A program made the position numbers and the translations under genes. DNA of 64,000 nt from Hydrolagus affinis (taxonomy: Eukaryota). The stretch covers positions 62,001 through 126,000 of the forward strand of contig JAAILG010000082.1 in assembly GCA_012026655.1 (NCBI GenBank), in the 5' to 3' direction. Below, piece by piece: positions 12,131 through 26,100 of the stretch. The notes under the pieces are model-generated. The model had not been told where the DNA came from. It ran no database searches and was given only the letters and a program-made list of their open reading frames with translations. How positions within the stretch are numbered: the stretch's first letter is position 1; each line of letters starts with the position of its first letter.

Positions 12131-13160
12131 AAACCTCAACTAAGCTATCACTATTGGCACAGCAACTGATCTTAATGCCAGAATTCCCCCTTTGTGGTCA
12201 CGATCTGAGTATCTACTCAGGAACATTAGATTATGGCACTTTATACAACCCTCATGAGTTCCCCTTGTCCAAGAAGGAGCATGATGCAGTTCTTCCACTG
12301 CTCATCAATAGCAAGTACAATGAATTGTAACAACTAGTATTTCACCCCCCCTCTAATTGTCACATCTTTCTGCATTAATATGCCATTGTTGCACAGGACA
12401 TATGGTGTAAATCATGGAATCAGTGTAGGTAATCTCCAGCATTTTCTTTCAAGCATTTTTGATGCCAGGAATAATTTCGAGTACAGATTTTGACAAGTAG
12501 TTCCAACAGAGCATGACAGCGCTGGCACTGATATCCATGTCAGTGCCTCTTCCGAATGCTATAAACTCATCATGCATCTACTTCTCAGTTTCAGCTTCTC
12601 AGATTAGCCGGGGATTTCTTTTCTGATGATATTCCTGTCCCTGAATACAAGGCAAAGAGCAGTTACTGTATGCACTGAGCTGAATGACATTTTTGCAGCA
12701 ATCTATCATTCTATAAGTAACTTTGAGACTTTCATTTTTACAGGAGGAAACATTTGCTTCATGCATCGAATGTGCATCGGAACTTGGCAGCATTAAAATA
12801 TCGATGGATTTAGAGAAGGGCAATTATTGCAGAAATGCACAAAACCCCAAAAATATCATCTCGGTGTACACATTAACTTCAGATCTAGCACTTATCACAT
12901 TCAACAGAAATTTATAATGCACTTTGAGCTTCGAGAAACACAACATTTTCGATGACCAATTTGTGAAGCCAACATGACATCGATGTGATGGGATTCAAGT
13001 TCAACTGCTTTCTCTATACTCTTCACCAAGTTCTGTATCTCAGTTATGATGCAATTATCTGGTGACAAGGATCGTAAAGGTATCGATTATGTCTCTTAGG
13101 GAAGTATCTTACACAATGTATCCCCAACATTTAAAATTCTAGATCTAATAATAATACAGG

Positions 13161-13471
13161 TAATAATATTTGTATTTGATATAGGGCTTTTCACATGTTC
13201 TAAAAGTCTCAAAGGCACTTAACAGAATATACTGTAAAGTGAATTGACTGTATTTTTATGGGTGAAATGCAGCATCCAATTACACACAGCAGTGTCCCAC
13301 AAATAGTCGTGAATTGAAACAACCAATTTATTATTGGGGTTTTCTTTCCAAGGGATCATTATCAGCTGTGTGGAGTAAAGAAACTTGCCCAAGGTTTCGC
13401 CCTGCCTGGAATCAAACCCAGGTCTCTTGCTTGCAAGGCTGAGTGCTCTAACCATTGAGCTACAGGACTCC
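13161..13471 (-). mobile_element. Full-length tRNA/Deu SINE
   Basis: Reverse complement begins ggagtcctgtagctcaatggttagagc (A box), ggtttgattcc (B box), then Deu core and L2-type tail. Confidence 0.92.
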
Positions 13472-14205
13472 ACACAAAGCCTCTATCTAAACATTTGATT
13501 AGGGATTATGTTCTTCCAATGACTGTCTATCACTCTTTAGTGAAGTCAAGATGCTGCCATGGTTGTGATTGCTGGGATTTTTAAATGAGTTAGTTTTGAT
13601 CTCAGTCTAAAGAAGTGACAGTATGGTTTCCAAGTAAATATTCTGATCACTATTCAAATGAATCATTCATTATGTTCTAAAATGTTCAAATATAATCTAC
13701 ATAGTTACGTTACAGTTGTTCTCATGGACTGAAAGATTCACCAAAAACAAGGCACCAAATCCACAATTTATTATTGCTGTCATTCATTATTTGAAATCAA
13801 TTTCAAATAAATTTGTGGTGAAGATTACAATGTATTCCTTCCCTTTTCTATTGCAAGTTTAATCAGGCTGATCATTTTAGATTTATATCAGCAATTAGTG
13901 ATAGATTGATTTTTTAAACAATACCAGCAGAATTATCACAAACAAAAAACAGACATTATTCCTGTGCCACACTGCTATGAATACTGTACAACAATCTGCA
14001 AACATTTCATTGCTGCTTTCAACAGAGAACTGCAAAGTTGCAAAGACACAATTGTGGACAGTCCCAGTTTCCAAAATTCCATCCCTCTCCATCTCTGGCA
14101 GTGAGAATTGGAGATTGGATGGAAAACAACATGTTGGTGAACCTAAATCGGTAAATAGTTGGATGATTGTAAAAAGACTGAGGGTTGAACCTGCAGTCTT
14201 TAAAA

Positions 14206-14358
14206 TAATAGTAATTCTTGCATTTGGTGTAGCGCCCTGTCACATCTTTGAGATGTCTCAAAACACTTCACAGAAAATACTGTAAAGTGAATCGACTGTA
14301 TATTTTTGTGGACAAAACACGGCAGCTAGTGTCCCACAAACAGTTGTTTGTGGGACAC
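14206..14358 (-). mobile_element. 5'-truncated SINE ending in a fold-back inversion
   Basis: Tail and part of the core, then a perfect 13-bp inverted repeat. Confidence 0.8.
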
Positions 14359-15197
14359 AAATCAACCAGTTCAAATAACTTATACCATGAAGTCAACAGC
14401 ATTTGCCCAGCGATATCGATGTGTTATCTTGATAGATTCAGAACTTGGCAGTGGTCTACTCATGGAACTATTTATGGGGCATCCAGACATTACCAGAGCT
14501 TGCTTGATAATTCCACATTGAAAACAGCTGTGATGAAAGCATTCTGACCCGCATTGTGCAACAATAATTGCACTGCTAACTGATCTGGAAGAGACTTTTT
14601 TTTGGTACAAAGGCTTGCTGGTGCACGATTTCAAATGAAACAATGAGATAACGCCTATTCGGAGAAGCCACTGCAGCACTTTCCACATCATGTTCACAAT
14701 TCCGAGGTAGAGAGAACAGAGAGCAATCTTGGTGAATGCAAAAGCCATTCATGTTGCCTGGAACACCTCATAATATTTCAGATTGTTCAGGGAGAACTAA
14801 AAAGTACATTTAATTCTAATGTTCTTTGGTAACTCTGAAACTTAATGTACAACAAAAATATAAGCATACAGTTTGTAAAGCTTCGATGTGATATTAAATC
14901 ACATTTGAGCAATCTACTGCACATTGGCAGCTAAGAGGAAACTCAAAAGTGATGCCCTGGGGAAGGTACTCAATGCAAAAAGACTCCCAAAAACTCATCA
15001 AACCTCAAGAGTTCACTGAAGGTTTGCATCACTCGGAAATCACTTAGAAAAGCTGAATTTCAATAACTACAGAAATTACTCTACACTTTTTCTGCTCATT
15101 AGATGGGAGTCCAGAGTGTACTTTTATTTAATGCACTGACCACTGCAATCACATGACATCCACTGAAACCTTGCGCAAAAGCCTGAAGAATTGTCTG

Positions 15198-15504
15198 AAT
15201 AATAATAATATTAATAATCCTTGCAGTTGACAGTGCTTTTCACATCTTCCAGATGTCTCAAAGCGCTTCACAGAATATACTGTAGAGTGAATTAACTGTA
15301 TATATGTGGGTGAAATGTGGTAGCCAATTGTTCACAGCGGCGTCCCACAAACAGTTGTGGATTGAAATGAACAATTTTTTAAATAGGGATTATTATCAGA
15401 CGTGTGGAGTAAGGAAACTTGCCCAAGGTTTCGCCCTGCCTGAAATTGAACCCAGGTTTCTTGCTTGTAAGGTGAACGCTCTAACCACTGAGCTACAGGA
15501 CACC
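15198..15504 (-). mobile_element. Full-length tRNA/Deu SINE
   Basis: Same head, core and tail as the other copies. Confidence 0.92.
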
Positions 15505-16059
15505 ATGCCATAATGTTGGTAAACAACAACAATTACAACAAAATTAGGATTCTGTAAATTGTTGCTGAACAGCAGCAATGTGTGCATGTGCAGTGTGTTG
15601 TGAAATTGAGATGACATTACAACTGTTGACTCAACCCTTCAGTCCTTCCTCAATCATCCAGCAATTTGCCTATAGAGTTATCATGCAAATCTGTTATTTC
15701 TGATTATTTTTAACAAAGCAATGTATTCTATTCCCACATTAAAGGTAAATCACTCTGAGTTGGAAAGAGCATGAGAGCAATATTTATCCATGGATTAAGC
15801 TAGAGACTGTAATCAATCCACTTTGAGGCAACAAAACAACATGCTATGCTTCCAGCTCAGATTGTTCTACCAATTGGTGTTCTGATTTGCAGGTTTATGG
15901 GCATGACTAGATCTCAAATCTTACTGATGCAGCAGAAAGATCAACCATTAAATAGTGTTTAGGATTGCTCTAGCAGTAAGTGGGAACCCGGTTGTTAGTT
16001 GATTGTCGGATCACTTTTCCAGCGGTAATAATCCCTTCAAATTATTTTTTAATGGTAAT

Positions 16060-16210
16060 AATTTGGTTACTCAATCCATGCTGTGTGCAATTCCCTGCTG
16101 CATTTCTCCCACAAAATATACAGTCAATTCATTTTACAGTATATTCTGTGAAGTGGAGACCTCCCGAAGACATGATGAGGCTCTATATCAAATGCAATTA
16201 TTATTATTAT
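16060..16210 (+). mobile_element. 5'-truncated tRNA/Deu SINE
   Basis: ttggttactcaatcca..gctgtgtgcaatt..tgtgaag..(ATT)n. Confidence 0.85.
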
Positions 16211-17616
16211 AAATCATCCTTTCCTATAAAGAAGTTACCTAGGCATCTCCCTGCTACACTTTGGCATCAGTGTTGCTCATTTCAATCCGGGCCTTACCAA
16301 TTCCCCAAACTTCTTGGTACGCCTTGCTGTAATGGATATTATGATTGGCTTTGAAAGTCTGCGTTATAGTGAAGGTGGCTGTATTTACACTCTAAGTGTT
16401 TTCAGTTCAACACTTTTACTACCACATAATCCAAGCATCACAAGGGATGAGTGAGCCAATAAACAAAGCATACTCAACAAAACAGCAGTACCGTACTTTA
16501 TTTCATTAACAATGCATCGAGTTGAGCAACCCAGTCCATCAGGGAGACTTGCAAATGACAGAAACACTAACAATATTATCTCAAATGTTTACTATGGATT
16601 AGCTACTGTGCCATTGGGCTACTGAGAAGAGCCATGGGAAAAGGGCCTTTAAAAGCTGAACCAGAGTTTTAACCCTTCATAATAGTGCCACATAGTAGCC
16701 AACATAATTTTAACATTGGAAAAGCTAGCACCAATAGTGACTGCAGATATGTACACTGCATAATTCCATATACTTAGTGAAGAGTTTAATTCTTAGCTAC
16801 GCAACAAGGGTAGAATTCTCATTAATCATTTCTAAATGTCATACAAATTTCAAAGCGTGTTTTTTTTATTACAACAATGCATTACTATTTCATTAATACT
16901 ATTCTAGTCAATTCATTTATTTAAGAATACCTAAGTGACATTGTCCTCATGTTTGATATTCTGTCTTGTGTAACCTGCTACCTAATTAACCTCTATAATG
17001 TTGATCATATTTGCATGCATTTGCATTGTAATGAGCTTCATATTAACAGTTCTCCAGTGTTAGATTAATTAAGTTGCAATATCATTCATCTTTTCCCAAA
17101 TTATGATAAAATTTGGAATTCACTTTAATTCTGAGCATGATTTCCTTGCCATTTTTCTAAAGTTTCCATTTTAACTAAGGTGAGTTTTAATGAATGCAAA
17201 ATTAGGATTATAGTAGATACTGTACTCGCCCGAGTCTAATCAAACTGCAAATACACGCATAACCTTTACACTAATCAGCATGTATTTCATTACATCACAA
17301 AGTCTCATTTGTACTTATTCATGTCGTCCCCAAGAGATTTCAAAAGATCAGCTTGAGAAAATGGTAACAATCACCAGGAATTTCCAGCGACTAAAATAAC
17401 AACAGGTAGATAGGAGGCAGCCAAAGACAATGACAGACTTGTGGAGAGGATTGAATGCTGAATTGTGTTACTGTGCTGTAACCTCTGCTCATGACAAGTT
17501 GCAGTAAATGGGAAATAACAACGGCAAAAGGCATTTCTGTCCTTTTGAAGAATGGCAAGGATGCAGAATGCGCAGAAACAGGACAAATGAAACCTTCAAC
17601 TAACAGGTAAAGTAAG

Positions 17617-17685
17617 TGTCTGAGTGAGCGAATGTCTGAGTGAGTGTGTGAGTGAGTGCGTGAGCGAGTGAGTAGGTGGAGTGAG
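17617..17685 (+). repeat. Degenerate (TGAG)n simple repeat
   Basis: ctgagtgagcgaatgtctgagtgagtgtgtgagtgagtgcgtgagcgagtgagt. Confidence 0.8.
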
Positions 17686-19233
17686 CTATTAAATTACACA
17701 ATTCAGATATTTACAAACCTTTGGGAGCATGCTCTCATGGTTTAGGGCATCTTTTGTCTGGAAACTTGCTGCCAGACATTCAACATAACCAATGGTCCAT
17801 AACTAAGCTGCCATCCACTGTACTCCGCCTTCGCTCCTAAGTAGCACACGATTTATAGGAAAAGAGTGGAAGAGAGACATCTGCCCTTGAAATATTGGTT
17901 ATCAATAACATGCAGGCACTTTTCATGTTTTGTTGCTCATTAGGATGACAAATGATAGTGCTGGAGTGTGTAGTATTTTACCATGTGCTTGTAATGAGGT
18001 ACTTCCACTTTGATGGTTTGCTTCTCATGTCTTTGCCTGTTCTTCCTTACCTTTACCTGTAACACACTGTTTCCTCATTACCACACTCCCAGCTATCTTT
18101 TATCACAGCTGGAAGAAACCCATATACCCTGATAACAAATCACCCACTGATTATCTTCGAACCTTCCGCTATTTGATAGATCAAATACAGATAGATCAAA
18201 GAGATTCAGGGTACAATATCTACCAACCTCATTACTTCCTAGTTGACCATAGAAATATTGCGTCATATCTATTTTAGTTGCGTCACTGCAGCTGAACAAT
18301 AGTAATCAGATGTGTGCAGCACACCACTAGCCCTGGAGGATTACCCCCAAAACGCCACAGTATAGAACAAAAAGAAACTCCAATAGAGTGATAATCTCAT
18401 TGACGAGTCCAATAGTAGATTGAAAAGGGTACAAAATGTCCATAAGACTTCACAAGCACAGAACCAATGCTTTGCCAAACAAAGCTTTCCACCACAATTC
18501 CCTGTACAGTTCTGCAATCACTCCAAATCCCTCAGGACTGATAGTATCCTAGCCATGTTTAACATGTAAAGAGACTCTCTTGTAACGATAATAATAATCA
18601 GGCCTGCATTTGTAATAGCGCTTCATCAGGTCGAAAATGATCTGCTCTTTTGCTGGTCTGATCCTGGATATTATTGGACCACTTTTGACAAGGCTGATGC
18701 CTTGAACAGTGCTCACGATGGAACAAAAACAAAGAGTGCAGGGAGGTTTCATTTACGATAGAACTTAACTAGAAAAACAATTCAACAACTTTCACACAAT
18801 CGGTTTAAAGAAAAATCGGCTGCGAGTGAACGGCAAATGGAATTTTCCAGTTGTACATGGTGTGCGTGACTTCAGCTGCGGATATTGCAAGAAGTTCTTC
18901 CACTTAAAATGACACTTTGCAAAGTCAAATTCGACATTTCTAAGGGAATTTGACTAATTATCATATTTTTGATGCAATTCTCAAGATGAATCCCTTCCTG
19001 ACGTTAATGAATGTACTTAGATGAAAGTCGGGCTGTATCAAAAGATTTTCTCTCAAATTAATACTTTTATGAAATTTTAATGGCATCCCAAAAGTAAAGA
19101 GCGCACATGGATTCTGCCTTGTCCAGAATGATGTGATCATTCTGAACAACTGTTGAATAACCATCTGGCAGCAAGCATTCCACACATTTGCATCAGCTAC
19201 CCATTAATTCCAAAGCCGGGTGCTTGAAACTTA

Positions 19234-19452
<219 letters not shown>

Positions 19453-22400
19453 TCATTTAAAGGTGTTACTCAAACATTTCATACTGGGAGACCATTCTGT
19501 TACAAGAAAGCACTGTTTTATGAAAGATTTTGTTTTCGCATTTTCCAAACAGCAACACAAATCATGCCAAAACACCGCATTGCACCATAACCAAAATACG
19601 CAGCGTGTTTCAAATGGTACCTGGCTGTTACTGTGACTCTCTCTACTATGGAAGTGACCCGATTCAAACGACCCTACTTATCTCGGATACACAGTCGCTC
19701 TTCGCTTTGCTTGAGAGTCAACAAGAAGTGCCATAAATCCAGATAAAATGCAGACTGGAAGCAGTGCTGAGATGAGCTTTCCAGCCCCCTATTTTATCCC
19801 TACAGCACACCCTGTATTTTGTACAAGCCTCTGATCGAAATACGTTTTTTTCCCCAAGGGTTCAAGGTTTCATTTAGATTTTTCGATTGCTCGTGTTGTG
19901 CTACAAATCAATATTGAAGAGAATTGTTTACCATTAAAAAAAAACATGTTTACTGAAATACATCAACATATGATTAAAGAAGACTCCCATGGTGTTGTTA
20001 AAACCAATTGAAAATAATAAATATGGATGGCACTGCATAATATTCCTCATTCCGCCCCGAGTCAACAAATGATGGTGCTGTAGTTAGCAATTACATGGGC
20101 TGCTCTACATTACTTAATGCATAGTGCCATGGCTCTTCTACAGTAAAGTAGCAAAACGTATACATCAAACAACTTTAAATAGACTCACTCCGAAGGTTGA
20201 GAGGTGACCTGAACAGAGTGATTTTCTAATGTAAGCAGGGAGAAATTATTTCTACTGGTTAGTGAGTTGGGCTAGTAAGAGTTTGGGCCTAGCTGAACAA
20301 GCAGCAACAAGTTTGCCAGAGTGTGTTCTCAATGGCAAGATATGTGGTTTTAACCGGTTAAACCCCAGCAGTTGCCTAATCCTGGGCTCTCAGCAATATG
20401 CTTCTAATACTGGACTCTTTGGAAGGTGAGCAAGGTGCATCCCTCAAAGGGAGAGTGCAATCATTGCCAGCAAATGTCCGTGTGTAGGTGATATGCATAT
20501 GTGGAACTTGGTCTTGTTTGGATATTCCCAAGTATGGTGATACATTTCCGCATGTATCATACTGTGTATCCGGACGATTGCATTGCCTAATAATTTAGCG
20601 CACTGTATACAAAAAAGCTTAATGTCAGTGTTGTAAGTTAACAAAATGTACAATCAAAGTGAAGCGTTGTCAGAAATACGAAAGGACAGTTCAATTTAGA
20701 TTTTTAAAAACACATTCTCAAACAAAAAACCCTAAAAACCAATGACAAACCGACAAAAACTTCTGTTATAGTGTTTTACCCTGATCCAATATGTCTGGGA
20801 TGGAAAAAAAAAGTACAATATAAGGATCTTTCGTTGAGAATAGCTCAAGTTAAAGTCAGTTTTTGACCTATTAAACTCCATTAAGCTCCAGAGCTGACAG
20901 CACCTGTTCAAAGCATGACATTTCATGCCACTTGTACATGTATTCAAAATTTGTTTGGAAGAAACTGAAAACTCCTGCACTGGCTATTTTGTGAAGCAGA
21001 AAATGTTCCATTTGCTCTCCCTGCTTAAGCTCGTTTGTCGTTAAAAAAAAATAAAGGCCGTCAACAGCTTCAGGGCAATTTTTTTTATATACAGTATATG
21101 GTCAACCTGACCCATTCGGCAATAAAATCAAACTGGAGGGAAGGAGCTCTTTCAGAAATTCTGAGCTTGAGCAGCATTTTTCTTTAAAAAAGAATATATA
21201 CCGCAATACTTCGCAATTTGTGCCATTCCTGTGAGGCATGACAAGACCAACCGGCTTCTGCTACCTACGAAGTATACAGTAATACTTTGCCCACTGTGCA
21301 GAGAATCGAGTGATAACTTGCTTTTTTTTTTAAGTAATATTTCCCCAGTAGGCCATCTATTTACTGAACTCTTGTAGTTTTATGGGCTGTGAAGTTGCAC
21401 TTTCTGGGTGAAATCGGCAAGCGTTTTAGAATCCTGAGAGGTGAACTAAATAAAAGGGTACAAAAGAATATTGTTCCAATTTACCTGAAGTGGCGAGTCC
21501 ATCATGCTGGTTATGTGATTGCTAATTCAAGGCACCAAAAATACATTTGTCCTTTGATAACTCGGCCTTTGCACAAGAACAGATTGTGTAGGAGCTTGGG
21601 TCTACAATTATTTATACCGCATATGTGCAGATTATTCGGAGAGTTTGAATGAGATGGTTTATTGTTCTGCCAACACTATTTTGGATCGATCCTATGCCAA
21701 CACTGACAGCTGTTGAGCTTTCATTTTATTCCAACTGATGAGTTCACACTAGGGATAGAAGGAGCTTAAACCAAAGCCCATAGCCTACCCAATGCTAACA
21801 ACTTAGAATTGAGTCAAAACTCAATTGAAAAGGAAATTTCACATTTTTCTTGCAATCACATTCTATTCTCTCATTGGGTAGATTCCTCTCCCTCAGTCTC
21901 TTACCAACTTTTTGCAAGTTTTCTTCTGTTCCTGCTTCTAATTCTTCCATCTCTCTTTCTGTCTCCTGTTCCCCGCTCCCCTCATCTTTGTTGCCTGGTC
22001 CATCTCATTCTCAACATCAATTCAGACTTCCGCCTCTTGAGTTCCTAATGAACTAAATTTTGTGTAAATGGATAGAACGTTTTGCTCCAAGGAGTGAGAT
22101 GTACAAAGTGTGAACAGCTCGGTAACTGACATGGGAGTGGGAGAGAAGAGAAAGCAGGAGAAAGGCTGGCACTATGTTAGGAACCTTTGAGGAGAGAGAC
22201 AATGGCTGGTATTGTGTAAAGGACTGGCAGTACAGGGGGAAGGAAGGAAGAGAGAGAAGTGTTGGCTTGACTTGGTGCTAAAGTGATAACTCGTCTCTGG
22301 TGGAAAAATGTTTTTGGCTAGTATTGTACATTTACATATTGACCTGATTTCATGTTGCTTCATATCCACACTGGGGCTGGTGCAAACTTTTGGGCTCTCT

Positions 22401-24528
22401 AATGTACATCAAACACAAGTATCATCTAACAGTTATGAGAGGAAGGAGAAAGGCCAATGGCATAGTAATACAACCACAATTTGCATTTATATAATGCTCT
22501 TCACATTGGGTAACATCTCAGAAAACACTGTATAATGTAGTGGTGGGTCTGGACGCTGAGCAGAAAGCAATGGAAGGTATAGGTACTAGGTAACCATAGA
22601 TGTGCTCATAATGCTACTGTATTGAATCCCTAGACACTGTGATATAGTCATGCCTCCCGCCAGGGATCATATGGAGAGCGAATCTAAGTTAAAAGTGGGA
22701 GTTTAACCTACAAGAGGTTAAATCTACAGCAATGACTCCGACAATCTCACTGCTAAGAATTAATCTGACCTGAAAGTGCTTAAGGTCTGGAAACAGATGT
22801 GGAGAGATCAGACCAAGAACATGGTGGAGAAAGTGGCCACAGGCTGCACATCAAGTGAATTTCCTCAGTTGAATTCTTCATGTGCAGTTTTGTATTAATA
22901 ACTCATCAATGAGTGCTTCTAACAACTTATACTGACATGGGCGTTACAGGGAAGTGAGAGATCTCTTGCTCAGCGTGTCTCTTCAGAACATGTAGCGTAA
23001 TTGAAAAATTTTAGGTGGGTGCTCAGATCAGCAAAATGCACATATTTTCCCCCAGCACATCCTTACTCTCCCAGTATACTTATCCACAACACGCTCTTAG
23101 ACACAGAACTGTCTTTACTGATACATACTGAGATATATTCAGGGCTCATTTCAATGCACTATGGCAGGAAACAAGGGCAAATAATGCATGAATTTAAATG
23201 CGGGCAAGTCCACGTCTGGTTTGGGAGGTTTCCATTTAAGAATTAACAGGAAACGTGGCTCCTGTCTAAATCTAAATGCCACGCAAGAATCTAAAAACTA
23301 ATGTTAAAAGTTTAACGCAGCATAGGTGAGGAGGTACCTTATCTATGAATAGTGCATGGTGTGCAAAACAGCAAAAACAAAACATGCAGTAAAAATCTAA
23401 ACAGATGTCCCTTCCCCTGTCCTATGCCTAAATATTTTAGCAGCAACTCGCCCAAGAATCTTTTAATAATGCCACTTTTAGAAGTTTGATGTTCAGTCAA
23501 GAGAGGAATGTCAGTGATGGATGTCAGTCCAGGACCAGTGTCAACATCGAGGGCGACGAGTTCAGCTATAACACAGCTCAAACAAAGAAAGAGCAACTCC
23601 CTCTGCTCTGCCCTTCACTGAGGAGAGCACCACCTGTGTGTTACAGTGTCATTCCTCTTTCTTAAATCATCCTTGCGGTGTCTTGGAGCAGCAATTACAA
23701 CCAATTTCTGAGCAGTGCCATTGGGTACTGCATTAAAGCTGTCGAAACTCATTGTACATAAGACATTTTCAGCCATTAAAGAGACTTAATCTCATTAGTC
23801 GGGACTAGACTGAACCCTGGGCTTTAACTCAAAGTGCCGCCTAGTTTTCTGGAATCATTTGCTAGTAACCTGCGAGGAAAATTAAAAGGCAAGAAGGCAA
23901 CAAAGCAGAAGTACAAACAATGTACAAAAAAAAACCTTCTGATTGACAGGAAGCAGCTGCTCACTGCTGGGACCTGCTGGGACCTAAGACAGTCACAATG
24001 TAATTATAGGGGGCCCACCTTCTCAGATCAAGCATGAACCTGTACATGTGTCAAACCAAGAAAGGTGGAAAAATAACTGTAACGTGATAATGGCCAAAAT
24101 TCTTCAGCGGAGGAAATTTACGTGTAGCAAAGCAATGCCCAAGTAATAAAAGTTGTAAATGCAAATAAAGCACAGGACACAAAAATTACGTGAACTGTTC
24201 CCATCATTAATATCTTCGGGTCAATGATCCATTTGTTCATTATTTATTCTATTCCTTTTCTTACTTTCACTGTTATTCATGAGTATTTTTCTCGCATTCC
24301 TTTGTTGTCATTTGACCTCTTTACTACATATTTTTCCTCATTCCTTTGACATTGGTACTTCTATTTTACATTCATATTCACCCACTTATGACGGTTGCAA
24401 CAGAAGGTCAGAGTGCCATCGTCACAGAATGCTACTGGCAAAAAGCCTTTCAATTCAGCCGCACCTCTTGCTTCATGGTTAGCATTGAGCAGTGGGTTGA
24501 TGCTGGCCTTGAAAATAGTATAATATTA

Positions 24529-24844
24529 TAATAATAATAATCCTTGCATTTGATATAGTGCTTTTCACATCTTATTGACATCTCAAAGTGCTTCACAGAA
24601 TATACTATAAAGTGTATATTTGTGGGTGAAACGCAACAGCCAATTGCGCACAGCAGTGTCCCACAAACAATCGTGGATTGAAATGACCAATTTTTATTAT
24701 TGTGGTTTTTTGGGGGATGGATTATTATTAGGCGTGTGGAGTAAGGAAACTTGCCCAAGGTTTCGCCTTGATCTGCCTAGATTCGTATACACAGGTCTCA
24801 CTCTTGTAAGGCGAGTGCTCTAACCGCTGAGCTACAGGAGCTCC
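24529..24844 (-). mobile_element. Full-length tRNA/Deu SINE
   Basis: Complete head, core and tail; flanks agtataatatt and agtatagtatt look like a target-site duplication. Confidence 0.92.
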
Positions 24845-25699
24845 AGTATAGTATTGAAAGCCAAGGAGATATGCTCAATGGCCCTAACAGAGGAAGATCA
24901 TAGGTCCGAGATAGAGCAAGCTCTACCCAAGTTAAGATGATCAAAGAGTCTGCCTGGAAAGAAACACCCAGGAATTAGACAGCAACAAAGATGGTTCATA
25001 GCACAAAAATGCAAATTTATGTGAAATATGCAACAAATATTAACTATTCCATTTTAAATATAGAGATGTCAAGCTGCTTCCAAAGCTGCTACCAAATTCC
25101 TTGTAGGAAAGAATTTCAAGTCAACCATCTCAAAATGCTAATGCTGCTAAAATTAGTTACAGCAGAGCACATCATATCACTACCTTGTATTCCTACAGTT
25201 TTTAATCCTTTAGTTGGTATTCAAATAGTTGTGAGCGTAATATTTATTGAATTTAAATTTGAACCAGGATGATGATGCACATTTTATTTTTTTGTGTGAT
25301 TCTTATTTTACTTTTCGGATAAGGTGAACATGACGCTAAGTTTCATATCCACACATCATCACATGATAGCAAGGTTCCAGCCCCATCCAGAGACTGACCT
25401 ACCAAGGCTGAAATGCCCTCATTATGTAGCATAATTCATGGCCATTTTCTTCAGACATGGGAAACTCATAATATGGTTCACTGGTACCTAGGGGCTCCTT
25501 GATCTGTTCATTTCTAATAGTTATGCATCTCTGTTTCCCAGGTTCCTTGGATGCCCCTGTTAACCCATAAGAAGTTGGATGCTTCTCTCACACTCCTCAA
25601 CTAAAGTTCATTTGCGAGTATGATAAACAGTAGCCACCTCAGCACATATCCTGAGGCACGTCGTTAGTCACAAATATCCAATTAGAACAATACGTATTT

Positions 25700-25845
25700 A
25701 TAAGAATAATAATCCTTGTATTTGGTATAATGACTTGCCACATCGTTGAGACAATTCAGATGCTTCACAGAATATATTGTAAAGTGGATCGACTGTGTGT
25801 GTTTTGTGGGCAAAATGCGGCAGCCAATTGTGCATAGCATTACAG
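25700..25845 (-). mobile_element. 5'-truncated SINE
   Basis: aataatccttg..cttcacagaatat..gcagccaattgtgca. Confidence 0.82.
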
Positions 25846-26004
25846 TATTTCTATTATTATTCAACATTATTCCTTGTTCTCCAAATCTCCACCCAATGTG
25901 GGCATCTAGCTTCATTCATGCACACAGGCAGTGGCCATATAACTGTCTGATGACTTACCCCTTAAATGCTTTCTTTTTACAAAAAAGTTAAAATACTGTA
26001 TATA

Positions 26005-26100
26005 GTAATAATAATTCTTGCATTTGATTTAGTGCATTTCATGTCTTCTAGCTATCTCAAATCACTTCACAGAATATACTATAAAGTGAATTGACTATCT
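26005..26100 (-). mobile_element. SINE tail fragment
   Basis: taataataattcttgcatttgat..cttcacagaatatactataaagtgaattgact. Confidence 0.8.

Noticed and set aside
18961-19185. FGMP motif as the DFGMA of the next kinase exon
   Set aside because: No HRDLKPEN or DFG context and no suitable splice sites.
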